Assembly (NCBI GenBank): GCA_964252035.1
Contig: OZ176204.1
Length of the DNA stretch: 64,000 bases
Direction: 5' to 3' (one strand)
Source of the DNA: Podarcis erhardii
Taxonomy: Eukaryota
The position numbers and the translations under genes were made by a program. Shown here piece after piece: positions 24,801 through 36,489 of the stretch (position 1 is the first letter of the stretch; every line of letters begins with the position of its first letter). The notes beneath the pieces were generated by a model. It ran no database searches. It saw nothing but the letters and a program-made list of their open reading frames with translations, and was not told where the DNA came from.

Positions 24801-27800
24801 TCCAACTCTATGATTCTATGAAACCACCAAGTCTCAGATTTTCTAATATCATTTAGACAGTGTCAAAGAGCAGGGGATATGATTCTCAGAACTTCTGCCG
24901 TGACCCAGTGCTTCAATTCTCTTGACAGCAAGAGAATATCGATGAGCAGGTCTTAGCCAAGAGAACTACTGTCTATTGTCCACCAAGAGGGACCACAGGA
25001 GGTACAGGATACTTCAGGAACTAGTTTAATAATAATAATGAGAACAGGAAGGCTGAAGCATGGATGTGGAACACAAAGGCAAAATTAGAGAGTCTATCAG
25101 GGCTTCTCTGACTTACCTGGACATGAACCTCCTGGAAAATGGCTTTGAGAACAGACACTGCCAGACCTGGAGCCAACGCCACACACATACTCTAGAGACA
25201 AGGAAAGTAATGGTAACAACTCAGTACCCATCTACATGTAACGATGGCTACCGGTTAGCATGCTTAAGGCCTCAGTCTGCCCTGTATGGCATATTATCAG
25301 TCAGTGCAATGGAAACAAACAAAAGGAGCCCATCATTTAATCAGTGTGACAGTGACTCAATCATTAAGAGAGAAAAGGGGGGGGGGGAATTCACTGTTAA
25401 CTAATCCCTATAAATCCCAAGTAGATTCAGAAAAGATTCTTTCTACACCAGCACCTACTACCTTAATCAGCCTGTCTTGTAGCAGCTTTCACTGGTCTCA
25501 GTTAAATGAGCCAGAGTTGTCAATCTGCTATCCTTGGGGCACCCCAATTTTCTACCACTGAGCAGATGAATAGATAGTGTCCCCAATTTTGCCACAGATT
25601 GCTATCACTAGGTTATTTCTGCAAGGCTTCTTATGAAAATTATTTGCTTTTTTGCAATAATCTTATCAGGTGATCCATTCTGTATTTCTGTTTCTTTAAT
25701 ATATTTTGCTCCAATTTTATTGTGTTATGATGTTTTGGTTTTAACCAAGATCTAGGGCACCACATACATATACTTTTATATTAAGTTGCAATATAGAAAT
25801 GAATAAACGATAATGACTACCATGAAAACAATTCTTACCAGAGCTTTAAGTCCCTGCAGCACAGAAGAAATGACCAGGTGATGATCTTTCAGCCGGTTCT
25901 CATAGAACAAGACCAGGTGGGACACTGGAACAGACAAGCATTATCAGAAACTAGGGCTATGGTGGTAGTTGGGCTTAGCTAACACAAATAGAGATATCCA
26001 TGGGGCAAATTGGCATCCACATCAGCCTCAGCATATTTGAAAGGATGAAGGAAAATGCAGAATCATTAGCGGCCACTTGGCAATACAGGCATTCTCCCCC
26101 TACTCTTGGCTCCTCAGACCTATTTTAAAAAATTCATCTGATGACCGGTAAGTGGTTGCACACAAGCATAAAATACCTAACACTATGACCAAAGAAACAG
26201 CAAGAGGACATTCTGAAAGGGAAACTGCAAGGTTACTGAACACTTAAGATCTCCCATCTCATAAGACATTCAGTGGTGCAGAACCATAGATCAGACTGCC
26301 ACTAATCATGTGTTCTTGGGATTACAGATATTATTATGATTATGATTATTGAAAGTTAACAATGAATATGCTACCCACATAGCTCTGGACCACAGCATGG
26401 TAAGGAGGTTCCTGTCAAGCCACTCAAGGATGGGCACTGCTAAGGCTCTGAAACTAGCTTATACTGTACACATTTGGGAAAACTCAGGCAGGAGTCTCAG
26501 TATTCCAGGAGAGTCATACCATTAAGTCAAACCCTCCCTCCATGTGTCACCCTAAAATCCATAATCCTCTTGAAAGTACAAAATACATTACTCCTTACTG
26601 CTTCGGTAAGGCATTGCCTTCCATCTTCACTCTCTTCCAAACATTTAACTGCTTTCTAACAGAAAGTTACGAGCTTTCAATAAACCTGAGTTCACCCCAG
26701 TTACTCAGCAAAGAAGCATATGGCGTGTCAAAAACCACTGAGTCATTGAATCCTGCCTGCCTAACCTCCTGCTGCTAATCACTACCTCGGGCATGATCCC
26801 TTGAATGCTGAGGCCAGCTCCTGAAGCAGGACTCTCCATGGTTGCAAAAGAGTGAGGACTGAGCCCATATGTCCTACCTTCCCGCTCTTGAAGGAGGGAG
26901 TAGCATTGCAGGAGGACTTCAGAAAGCGTTTGGATGCCCTGTGCACGCATTCGAGGATCTGCATTCTTAAGAGGAGACCTGTATTTATAGACACAAAATG
27001 AAGATTTTACAGGCCATAGCAGGAAGAGAAGACAGTGAAATATGCTGTTTTAGCGAGTTTGTTGGGGGGGGCAAAGAGAGACAATATTCTGATTTAATTT
27101 GACGATTCAGTTAAGTGATCAGTTTCTCTTCCTTTTGCTCAGGGCTTCATAAATTATGGGCCAACATAAAAGTGATTAGGAGAAAGGCTGTAGCTCAGTG
27201 GAAGAGCACTTGCTGTGCAAGCAGAAGGTCCCAAGTTCAATCCCCGGCTTCTCCAGGTAAGGCTGGGAAAAACTCCCTGCCTGAAACCCTAGAAAGCCAA
27301 TGCAAGACACTGTCAACAATACTGGGCTAGATGGACCAATGATCTGACTCTGCCCAAGGCAGGTTCCTATATCCCTACATTATGTGTTTGGCTTCCTCCC
27401 TTTTGTCCAGGGCATCATGATTTATTGGCTGGTTTGGGCTAGTTTAGCTTTAGGGAAATGGAGCCTAGGCCCCACCAGGCTCACATGCTCCATCATCTGA
27501 CCATTGTCTGGGCAACAGGAGTTCAGAAGCTTTGGCTTCTCTTCTTGATTAACTACACGCTCGCTGCATCACTTAAACCTTGACAAACTGTGGTTAATCT
27601 TCACTGTGAGAAGTGGAAACAAGCCAGCTTCAAATCACAGTTAATGAAGTTGGCTTGTTTTCACTAACTATTAAGATTAACTACGGTTTTGGGTTCACAT
27701 GACATACTAAACCATTATTAATCTAAAACTGAAGTGAAAGTTTTCAATCAAGTGGTGACTGTGCCCAATGAGGCATGGGGGACAGGTAGTGTGAAGTCTG

Positions 27801-30800
27801 TGGGGAGGCTAGGCTCAATCTAAATTGATTTGCTTATTTATTTTTAATTTGTACTTATAGCCCACTCTTCACCGAATAGCCCCAAAAGTATCTCAATTAA
27901 AGCAATATCTGAATGCAACCTATGACTTGGATTTTGTAGCCAACCACTTTGTCATGGGTGCTGATGTCTAACCCTGCCGCAATATGCTCAGCATCAGCTA
28001 CTGGCACATTACTGCCGATGGAAGACTGCTATACAGTTTAAAGTAGGGATCAGGAAGCTGTGGCCTTCTAGTTGTTCTAAGACCTCAGCGCCTACCAGTC
28101 TCAGCCAGGATGGGCCATGGTCAGGGATGATGAAGGCTGCTGTGGTCCAACAACACTGGAGAGCCAAAGGCTCCCTATGCCTGGTTTAAATTCCAAAGAA
28201 TTCAAGGTTGGTGGGAACCGCAATAATGAACCCAAAGCACAAATTAGATTAATGGTTAAAATGCTTCTGCACTATCTGAGATATAAACACAAAAAACAAC
28301 GTTTGCAATTGTTTAAAGAACACTGACGTGTCAATATATTCTTCTTTGCTCTGTTCTGGTCCACCACAGAGGTGCTCTTCACTCGACAGACTGCTTCCTT
28401 GCAATGAGCAATGACTACATCTGGCAGTCTGACCATCAGGATAAGAAAGGGAGTTTTCATTTTTCCCTTTCAGGCTGATTCCCACCAGAGCAATATACTC
28501 ATATTAGGAATGCGAAGGGAGTGTGGAGGGAGAGCATTTGAGAGAATAACTACTTGTCTAGTAAATTTGTGGTCAAGGTAAAATTTAACCAATGATTTCC
28601 TGGCTTGCAATCCAAATTTAACCTCTATGCTACATTGAGAGGAGGGCTCACCACCACCATTTAATGCAGCCACCAGCCTAGGCCAAACATCTACCCATAA
28701 GAGTGCCCTGCAGTTTATCTGGTTGGCTAAATGGAGGTGCTAGCAACTGCTCTGCCAACAATATGTACACCTAACTGCCATGGAGGCACTCTCCTCCCAG
28801 ATTGCAAGGGAAATACTGGGAAGACCTGAAAGCATGTAGCCCAAAACCTTGAGTTATGCACTGTAGCTGAAATTCATCCCAATGTCAGGGAAGCAAAATG
28901 CTACACATTATCACCACCAAACCCATAATGCTATTCCAAAGTTTCAGGATACCCTAATCATGTAAGTCATTTTATCTGAATGGAATTTTGCCCAGCATGG
29001 ACAAAGGGCGTCCATCAGGCAGGCATTAAGCACTGAACAACAAAATTCTAATGTTGTTGCAGTAGTGCAAAGAGTCATCCTCGACACTGGCATACATACA
29101 TCCCAGAGCAGTAAGCTCTTACTTACTTACTTAATTACTTACTTACCCCAAGTTTTCAACAACATCTAAGATGGTGCAGGTCCCAGCTTTTACTCCTAAG
29201 AAAAAGGAAGTATCAAAAGGTTAAATCACGATAGGTAGATAGTTACACCAAACTAAGCAGCGCTTCTTAAAACAAATTTAGACATGGGAATCCATGTTTC
29301 AGGTACAGTGCAACTTGCCTTTCTTGTTTGTACCGCTCAGAGGCAGAGCACATGATCTGCATACAGAAGGTCCCAAATTTCCTTCCAGGCATATCCGGTT
29401 AAATGGACCTTTTGCTTGTATGGAGCAATGGCTCAACTGGTATAAGGCAGTTTCTTATACTTCTTATCACAAATTGAAAAGCATTTAATCTACAGGAAGA
29501 GGAGTGGGAAGATGAATTTGCCCTCCACATCTCTGCTTCTCCACTACAGTGCTCTCCCCCCACCACGAGCAAGCAACACCGTGCTAGTCTGTCTGTCCTA
29601 GTCTTTTGAAAATGGAAGGGTTAGCTAAGATTCCTTGCAGTGCTTCTTCCAGCCAGGAAAATAATAGCCAAGAAGCATACTGCCTCTCTTGGCTAACGGT
29701 AGATAACCATGTGGTCTCCAAATGTTCTAGACTAAAATTCCCATTACCCCTAACCATTAGGCATGCTGGATGGGACAGATGGAATCCATAAATTTTAGGA
29801 AGTGTCAGGGTGTCTACCCCTGCTCTAGGCCCTTAGTGAGACAGGCAACCTTTCCCAACTATTTGTAAAGAGGTCTACTTGCAAAAGTGAATGGCAAAGG
29901 AACATCAATTCTCAAGCTAGTATTGACACATCTCTGAGATACTGTGCAGTTCATTTAATTTATATGCCTTGGACCAAGTAAGACTTAATTAAGCAGGTGC
30001 TCATACAGCTACTTAAAAGCTTATCGAGTGCTACAGAAATCACAAAGACAGCATACAGAAGCAGAGCAACAACTGCTGGCAGTGAGCAAGGCACAGTTGA
30101 CTTAGTTAGCTTTTCATCTGGGGATGGTGCATTCTCCAGGGAAAGTAGCCTGCCAGATCACTATTCAAACAACCTCTTACACAAGCAAAAATGCATGTGT
30201 TTGTATACACCTGTTTGAAAGACTGGGATACACAGGTGACTCAAGGCAAACATTGCTTAACCCTGTCCCCAACCCTAAACAGTGGCATAATACACTTTCT
30301 TTTTACACCAGAGGAAAAAGCCCCGGTCAGCTTCTGTCCTAATCAACCTTGTGATTAGCAGTTCATGGGTAGCTGCCCTCCTTTGCTCAATTCACTTGAG
30401 CACTCACCTGCATTCCCAGTGACAAAGAGGAAAGGGCACCTGTCATTATACTGCACTGTGTTGCTGCATCCCTGCTGGCAACTCCAAACATGAGGACTTT
30501 GCATCCCTGCAGGAGTCCAGGAGCAGTGAGTTGGCTGCATCGGGAGAGCCCTTATCGCAAAGGGCTGTAATGAGCCTGAAAAGGCACTGGCTGCTTGGCT
30601 CTGTGGAGCTGTATGTCTTTGCCACTTGAGTGCTCACTTAAGGACAACAGCTGCTTGACCTCAGATTATGGCTGTGATGATAAACACACTTATTAGAAAG
30701 TAAACCCAAAGAGTCCAATGAGACTAATTTCTGAGTAAGTTTGCTTAAAATTACACTATATAGCCAATACATTTTATATCTAAAGCTTCCCAAAACTTCA

Positions 30801-33736
30801 AATGACTTTAGTTACAGATAGGTAGCCGTGTTGGTCTGCCATGGTCAAAACAAAATAAAAAAATTCCTTCCAGTAGCACCTTAAAGACCAACTGAACTAA
30901 CTCAGTTGGTCTTTAAGGTGCTACTGGAAGGAATTTTTTTATTTTGTTTCAAATGACTTTAGTCATCTGCTCCCCTAGTGACGTTATGTATGTATGTATG
31001 TATGCATGCATCTCTGGACCATTTGCCTATGTTGCGCAGCTTAATTTGTAGAGTTGCACAATACATTTTAAATGATGCAAAATTTCATCCAGATGCAGAA
31101 GATTTATTTATTTCATAACATTTATATACCACTTGATGGCAGAAAAATCTCAAAGTGTTTTACAAAAAGAAGTTCTACCACTGAAATTTAAACTGCCACC
31201 CACTTTTCACAAATTTCAATGTTTAAATTGAATTCTGAAAACTTATTTTAAGTTATTCCAAAGCTCAAGTTCAGAAACTGCAAATCAAGAAGCCAGTGGC
31301 AACCATCCCATCCCAGCTGAGGAGTTCTCAAATTACCTCATTAGCAGTAGGGAGAGCTGTCCAGCAGCCTCCTTCGTTTTCCCTAGATAAAGGCATGAAA
31401 CAACCTGTCGCTTGAAAATACTATCTCTCTTACAATTAGAATGGGGAGGTGGGAGGAGACAGCACGGGAGTGCAGAATATCTTCAATCAAGTTTGGCACA
31501 ATTTGTTAAAACAGCTGATAAAGTGCTGAAAGAGCAGCATAAATGAACCAATTATAAATCCTGCATTCTATTCTTTTTATCAGCATCTCACTCTCAAAAG
31601 TACAAGGTGTACTAATTAAAGAGCTGCAAGATTTATTTTCTTAGGAAGCCATTCTGAAAGCCAGGATAACCATATTTCCAAGAACACCTCTATACTTGAA
31701 GGCTGGTCCGGAACCTAATTTGGAGAGCCTGTGTTGCTTAAAAGGAAGGTTGTTTAAAAGTTACTGCACTCCTGTCCTCTTCTCAGCTGTATCTGGGGCA
31801 AGTTCAGATGTGTTAACTATGTTCAGTATATCATTATTCCCATTAGTAAAGGTGGTGTCCAGTATGCATACACACTGGATGCCAAAATGAGCCCAAAGAG
31901 AAGGCAGTGACAGGTTCTTATATACTGGGGGACCCTGAGATATGCAAGACAATATTGGGTTTGTCTTTAAAGATCCTCAGCTCTTCCAAAACACAAGCAG
32001 GGTTCAAGGGCTGCACCTGCACACTGCCCCCATGCTGCTCTGCAACACTGGCAACAGAAAGCAGCACACAGAAAAACAATGCCCATAGCCCCTGGAGTTG
32101 GGAGTTAACTGAAGATCTATCTGTGCAAGCATAATTTCCTGGTTTATGAAGTTGGAATAAATAGTACAAACATCTAAATGCAGATGACATCTACCGGTAC
32201 ATGTGGATGTCATCTCATTCACACAGTCCCTGATCCAGTGAGAGTTAGAGATATCCACGTGGATCATTGTTTCCATACACAGATCTCCTTAGTTATGTCA
32301 GGATGAGGAAGCATGGTGGATTGACAAGAGAAAGGTTTAAAACTTCATTTTGTCCTTCCATCTTCTTCCATTTCCATGAATGTTTTTCAGAAGGCCACAG
32401 TGAGTATTTAAATGAAAACAATGTGTTTAGTTTGTTTTTTTGGTCCCTATTTATATTACATGCCTTACCATAAATTATCAATTTTTGTTGCAGGTCTACA
32501 CTTGCAATACCTATTATGAACCTCACCAATGCTGCTAAAGTTTGCAGCATTGGCAAAAGCTGTAGCTGTGCTACAAACAGCCTTACAAGTACCATTCACC
32601 CCTCAGAAATCTAGGAGTCCTGAGTTCCAAAACTCAGAGAGTTATATGGGTTACTGTAACTTGCCTTCATGTGGAAACATGGTAAAGCAGCTCTTCATAC
32701 AGCTGCAGCTACATCATGATGGATTCCTAAGTGGCTATCACACCACAAATAGTCATCTGAATTATGATAAACCACCTATATTTTCTTATAAAACGTTAAG
32801 TAAACAAGCCAGTGTTTCTAGGAAGAAAAGTATGCCTCTTCATGATGATGGAAACTCAAGAACACTTCAAAATCCTTTAACAGTCTTTAAATGATTCATT
32901 CTTCTCTTGTATTTTTAAGGTAGCTTGGGTGATTAAGGGTTAGGTTTCCCTATCTTTTCATAGTTTTACAGTAGAGGCAAAGGAAATAAATTAATGAATG
33001 GTAGAAAAGAACAGGTCAAGGAAACAGGAAATTATATTGAATATGCCCAGGTCCGTAGGCTCTCTGTTGATCTGATCCCCTGGAAAAGTACATTCCTGCA
33101 AACACACATATGGTTTTATCTCTAGTCAGCCTTGCCCACAGCAGCCTCCTGATACCCAACCTCAACACACGCGTCCAGCTCATTATCGTCTCTGAAATAA
33201 TCTTCAGCAGGCGAAACAGCTCGTTACTTTGCCCCTAATTAATGCCGTGCGTCACACTGCCTCGCCGGATCAACACCCTGCATGCGCCCACCGTTACCGC
33301 ATGCCCGACTAGCCCTAATTAATGCCAGTACGCCTGATCCCGATGTGGGTGGATGGAATGAAGTTAGGCAGAGGCACTCTGCACACGCCCAGAGAATCTC
33401 GTTTGCATTCCTTTACACACTCCCCCGAATGAATTCCGACAGTGAATTCCGATCCTGAGCATAGATCCAACTGGGCGATCTTTCTCCCTGACACCTAATC
33501 TCACCTCCTCCTCCTCCGTCCCCGCAGACCACCCCTCGAACCGCAGTTTCGGTTCCCCTCTCGCCCCGCCCGCGGCACTGCCGGATCCCGCCGCCTGCTC
33601 CGCGGCCCCGGCCTCTGCCCCCCGCCCCATCCCCACACGCACCTTCCGCCGCCTCTCTGGCCGCGCCTTCCCGCTCCCAGCCCGGCAACAGGGACGCGTC
33701 CGCCCCCACGTCCACCTCAGCCCCTCCGGCCGCCAT
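10072..33736 (-). CDS. MMS19: MMS19 cytosolic iron-sulfur assembly component (HEAT-repeat scaffold), 1020 aa; complement exons 33643..33736,29147..29195,26878..26978,25839..25924,25117..25191,22239..22308,22023..22151,21627..21688,21378..21464,20082..20156,19790..19867,18870..19008,18373..18527,18076..18154,17105..17230,16705..16786,15683..15780,15211..15342,14303..14458,13694..13793,13176..13278,13004..13081,12694..12820,12442..12542,12308..12364,12036..12222,11495..11577,11068..11232,10916..10975,10657..10757,10072..10099
   Basis: 31 exons, all GT-AG, total 3063 nt in frame. Diagnostic peptides: [89 protein letters not shown]. Exon 1 is the most divergent; it is supported by an ATG in a CpG island and a phase-1 donor. 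Confidence 0.97.
10160..10520 (-). mobile_element. Degenerate L1-like 3' end in the last MMS19 intron
   Basis: A-rich minus strand with residual [11 protein letters not shown] similar to the 951-1410 fragment. Several AATAAA motifs. Confidence 0.4.
11254..11387 (-). mobile_element. tRNA-derived SINE with CR1-type 3' tail
   Basis: Minus strand GGACAGCTCAGTTGGTTAGAGC head and TTCAACTCTATAATTCT tail. A second copy lies at 14852-15000. Confidence 0.6.
13335..13490 (-). mobile_element. L2-like LINE 3' fragment
   Basis: Same family by eye as 21241-21320, 53120-53245 and 58013-58240. Confidence 0.5.
13881..14110 (+). mobile_element. tRNA-derived SINE with L2-type tail (Squam3-like)
   Basis: A-box TGGTGTAGTGG, degenerate B-box, CACCTCACAGAGTGTTTGTTGTG core, CTT-type end. 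Confidence 0.7.
14752..15085 (-). mobile_element. tRNA-derived SINE (Squam2-like) interrupted by a second SINE at 14852-15000
   Basis: Head GGGCTGCAGCTCAGTAGTAGAGC and GGTTCAATCCC on the minus strand. The body continues on both sides of the insert. Confidence 0.6.
19197..19443. mobile_element. Tc1/mariner-type MITE
   Basis: TIR ATTGGCCCGAATATAAGCC / GGCTTATATTCAGGCCAAT flanked by TA. Confidence 0.75.
19448..19681. mobile_element. pogo/Tigger-type MITE (about 230-bp family, copy 1)
   Basis: TIR CAGTGGTACCTCGGGTTA / TAACCCGAGGTACCACTG with TA target duplication. Confidence 0.88.
21798..21833. repeat. (AG)18 microsatellite
   Basis: Read directly. Confidence 0.95.
22625..23643. mobile_element. 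Non-autonomous pogo/Tigger-type DNA transposon, about 1 kb
   Basis: TIR CAGTGGTGCCTCGCAAGACGAA / TTCGTCTTGCGGGGCACCACTG, TA flanks, repeated subterminal CGTCTTGCGA motifs, no transposase. Confidence 0.88.
22981..23450. repeat. GC-rich minisatellite, about 60-bp unit, 7-8 copies, internally palindromic
   Basis: Unit GCCGGGCGGCGGGGGGAGACTTTCCCGCCCCGCCGCTCGGCTTCGGGACATCGTTCCGAT. Confidence 0.92.
24048..24821 (+). mobile_element. 5'-truncated CR1 LINE (ORF2 C-terminus and 3' UTR)
   Basis: [12 protein letters not shown]...[15 protein letters not shown]...[11 protein letters not shown]...[13 protein letters not shown], one internal TGA at 24654-24656, CTATGATTCTATGA tail. Confidence 0.95.
27186..27370 (+). 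mobile_element. tRNA-derived SINE (Squam2-like)
   Basis: GGCTGTAGCTCAGTGGAAGAGC A-box, GTTCAATCCC B-box. Related copies at about 39385-39560, 48765-48935 and 60232-60405. Confidence 0.65.
30813..30947. mobile_element. Penelope-like element terminal fragment with inverted duplication
   Basis: Flanking 16-bp direct repeat TTCAAATGACTTTAGT (30797-30812, 30948-30963) and a perfect 48-bp inverted repeat. Family assignment is from recalled lacertid Penelope-like pLTR sequence. Confidence 0.65.
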
Positions 33737-34170
33737 GATAAAGCGGAGAATAGCAAGGCAGGCGAGAAGCGCACAGCGCGCGTGCGCGTCCCCTCTGTCA
33801 CGTGTGAAAACGACAGGGGCAAAGTGGGCATCACGTGGCAAGAGGCCACTCCAGCAACGGGCGCAGTTCGCGGGGAGGGCCGTGGAAAGGCAGGGGCGCA
33901 GCCCGAAGGGAGGCCTGTCAAAGGTCAGGGCGGGCCCCTTAGGCCGGGTCACGGAAGGGGTGGGTTTTGCTTTGCGTTAAGAGGGCGCGCAACACGCGGG
34001 AAGCGCAGAAGCGAAGCTCGATGCGGCTTCACACAACCATCCCTCCGATGCGAACAGGCTTCCACGCGCTCGAAGGAGGGGGAGGAGAGCGCTGCGTTGC
34101 GTCTGCTGGAGACGTAGAGGCTCTTCATTCTCGGAATGCCATCCCCGGATATACAAAGAATGCCACACGC
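33380..34170 (-). promoter_or_regulatory. CpG-island promoter of MMS19
   Basis: CpG-dense block around exon 1. E-boxes GTCACGTG (33797-33804) and TCACGTG (33831-33837), NRF1-like GCGCGTGCGC (33778-33787), GC boxes. Confidence 0.8.
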
Positions 34171-36269
34171 ACTTTTATGATTTTGTTATTAGAAACGGCG
34201 GCTTTGTGCCAAGATGCAGCATTGTTTTCCATTTGCTTTAGGAGGCCCAAAAATACCAGGCAAAAGGGCAAAACACGTGCATCCAAGGAAGGAAACACTC
34301 AGACCTCTGGTTTCTGTGAGGAAATCGTTTTAGCGATCCACGCTCCAAGTATAAATTATTTTCACATGTATCCGCCCACCTACCCGCGAACTGCAATGCA
34401 CTTGGAGGAGGAGGAGGAATGCAGTGATCAGGACAGGGATCATTGTGGTTTGGTGTTAGTGGTGGAATGGATAGATCTCAGCATCCCGCTCCACCTATTT
34501 ATCTTTCAGAAGTCTGTTGTCTTTGCTGGTTATCATTGCCACCTTCATAAAGAAGTCCCATCTCCAGTGCTAAAGAATGAACAATTACAGTACATTTCCA
34601 GGACATTTAATGCTTACAGTGTGCAAGTGGTTAGGGTGTTTTTCAGTAGGATAAATATGCACATCTAATCTTTTCCCCTGAGCAAAGGTCAGAGAAAGAT
34701 TGCCCTCTGAACTAATGCAAGCACCAACACTAATGTCTTGGCATTTACTAAAAACTAATTAATTTTCTCAAGCCTTTGCTGGCTATTTATATATGTTGGT
34801 TTTATTTTTTTAAGTTATGTCTGCCCTGGCCTATCAGCTGCTGCTTTATTTTATATTGTAATGTACCGGTATTTTTCATGTATTTTTTTAAAAATGTACA
34901 CCATCTTGTGGTTTCAAATTAAAAAGAGCGTGTCAAGATTTTAAATAAATAATGACATTTGTTGCTTTTAAAATACATTATCCTTTTCTACAACAAAACA
35001 GTGCTTATTCCCAAGCAAATGTATTCTGCATCAGGGCAACACTATTCCTAAAGTTATGATGGTGCTATGATTTAAGTGCTCAAGTTTTCAAAAAGCAAAA
35101 CTCTGCATGCTCTTTTTTATTTCTTTTTAGTATCTCGATTAGCAAAGTTTTCTCTCTCTTGCTTCAACATAGCAGTTGTAAGGCACTGGTGGCAGTTGGG
35201 GTGAGAAGAGGCATGTTAATTGTGTACTTCAACTATCTAAACCACACACACAACTCACACATACTTCAGAAAGGCCATTAAGTCCAAAAGGTCTGAAATT
35301 ACCTAGCTGCACCACTTGCCAACGCAGCGTTACTTTCAAAGGAAGAGTTATGAGATAAGAGATATAATGGAAGAAGTAGGATAGGTATAACATATCCAAC
35401 ACTCTTGATGGGACTAACAGCCTGAAAAAGTGACACCTGGATTTGAAAGTGTGTGACCCCATTTGGGGTTGGCCAGAATGGTAATTGACACCAGAGATCA
35501 GAACAAAATCCTGAACTTGCCAAGTCCTCTCTTCATAGCATCCAGCATTATTATGTAACCATGGTCAGCTTTCCCAGTGGACACCTCTGCCGCACTAAGC
35601 TGGTTTCCCAGTGATAAGGCCTAAGACTGACAGGTCAGAGAGAGCATTCGTTTGATCATCACTCCTCAAAAGCAGATACACAGAACCTCTTCGCTGCCAG
35701 GCTGTAGCTATCTAAATTGTTCAACTAATACTGTACTAAATTATCATTAATATGTACATCAATATAACACGCTGCTTTACAGAGTAATAAAAGTAAAGGC
35801 GCACCCTTGACCAAAGTATTTCCCCAGCCCCATCATAGTAAATTGAGGGCTGAGGGTTGAAAAGCTTCATGAAAAAGGCAGGTCTTTTTAAAAACAAAAA
35901 CAAAAAACTGAGGGATTGGAAGGAAGGTGGCTCCCTTTCATGTTTTGAAAGGGAATCCTATGCACCCAGGGCAAAGGCGAGGCTCTTCCACTGCCCATAG
36001 GGTAGACTGCCATGTCAGTCTTGCTAAATCCAACTCCCATTCAGTACAACAATAACATTGCCTGTTACAGATTATTGCTGGGCAAGCCGGCTCCTCTGCA
36101 AGGTAACAGGATTTTGGGATGCCAACCCCAGCAGGGCCGTCCAACTGTTCTGGTATTCATTGGCATATAAAGAGCCAGCCTTTGCAAATTATTATTATTA
36201 TTATTAATTTCATTTCTATACCGCTTTATATTTTAAAGAAAAATCTCAAAGTGGTTTACAGAATATTAA

Positions 36270-36339
36270 TATACAGCTCATACCAAGAACTAACTTAGTT
36301 GGTCTTTAAGGTGCTACGGGAAGGAATTTTTTTATTTTG
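36270..36339 (+). mobile_element. Penelope-like element short fragment
   Basis: Same sequence as the right arm at 30902-30947. 13-bp TSD TACAGAATATTAA at 36257-36269 and 36340-36352. Confidence 0.65.
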
Positions 36340-36489
36340 TACAGAATATTAAAACATCAATAAAACAATCTGAAGAAAGTCAGATATAGAGTATACAGTC
36401 AAAGCAACATAATTAACAGAAAACTAAAATATTATCTTAAAAGATTTCAAAATAAAACATTACAAATCTGGCTGCCCTAAATTGGGCCT

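Noticed and set aside
30813-36339. Active hammerhead ribozyme in the Penelope-like fragments
   Set aside because: Neither fragment contains the CUGANGA...GAAA core. A possible relic near 39040-39120 is too degenerate to call.
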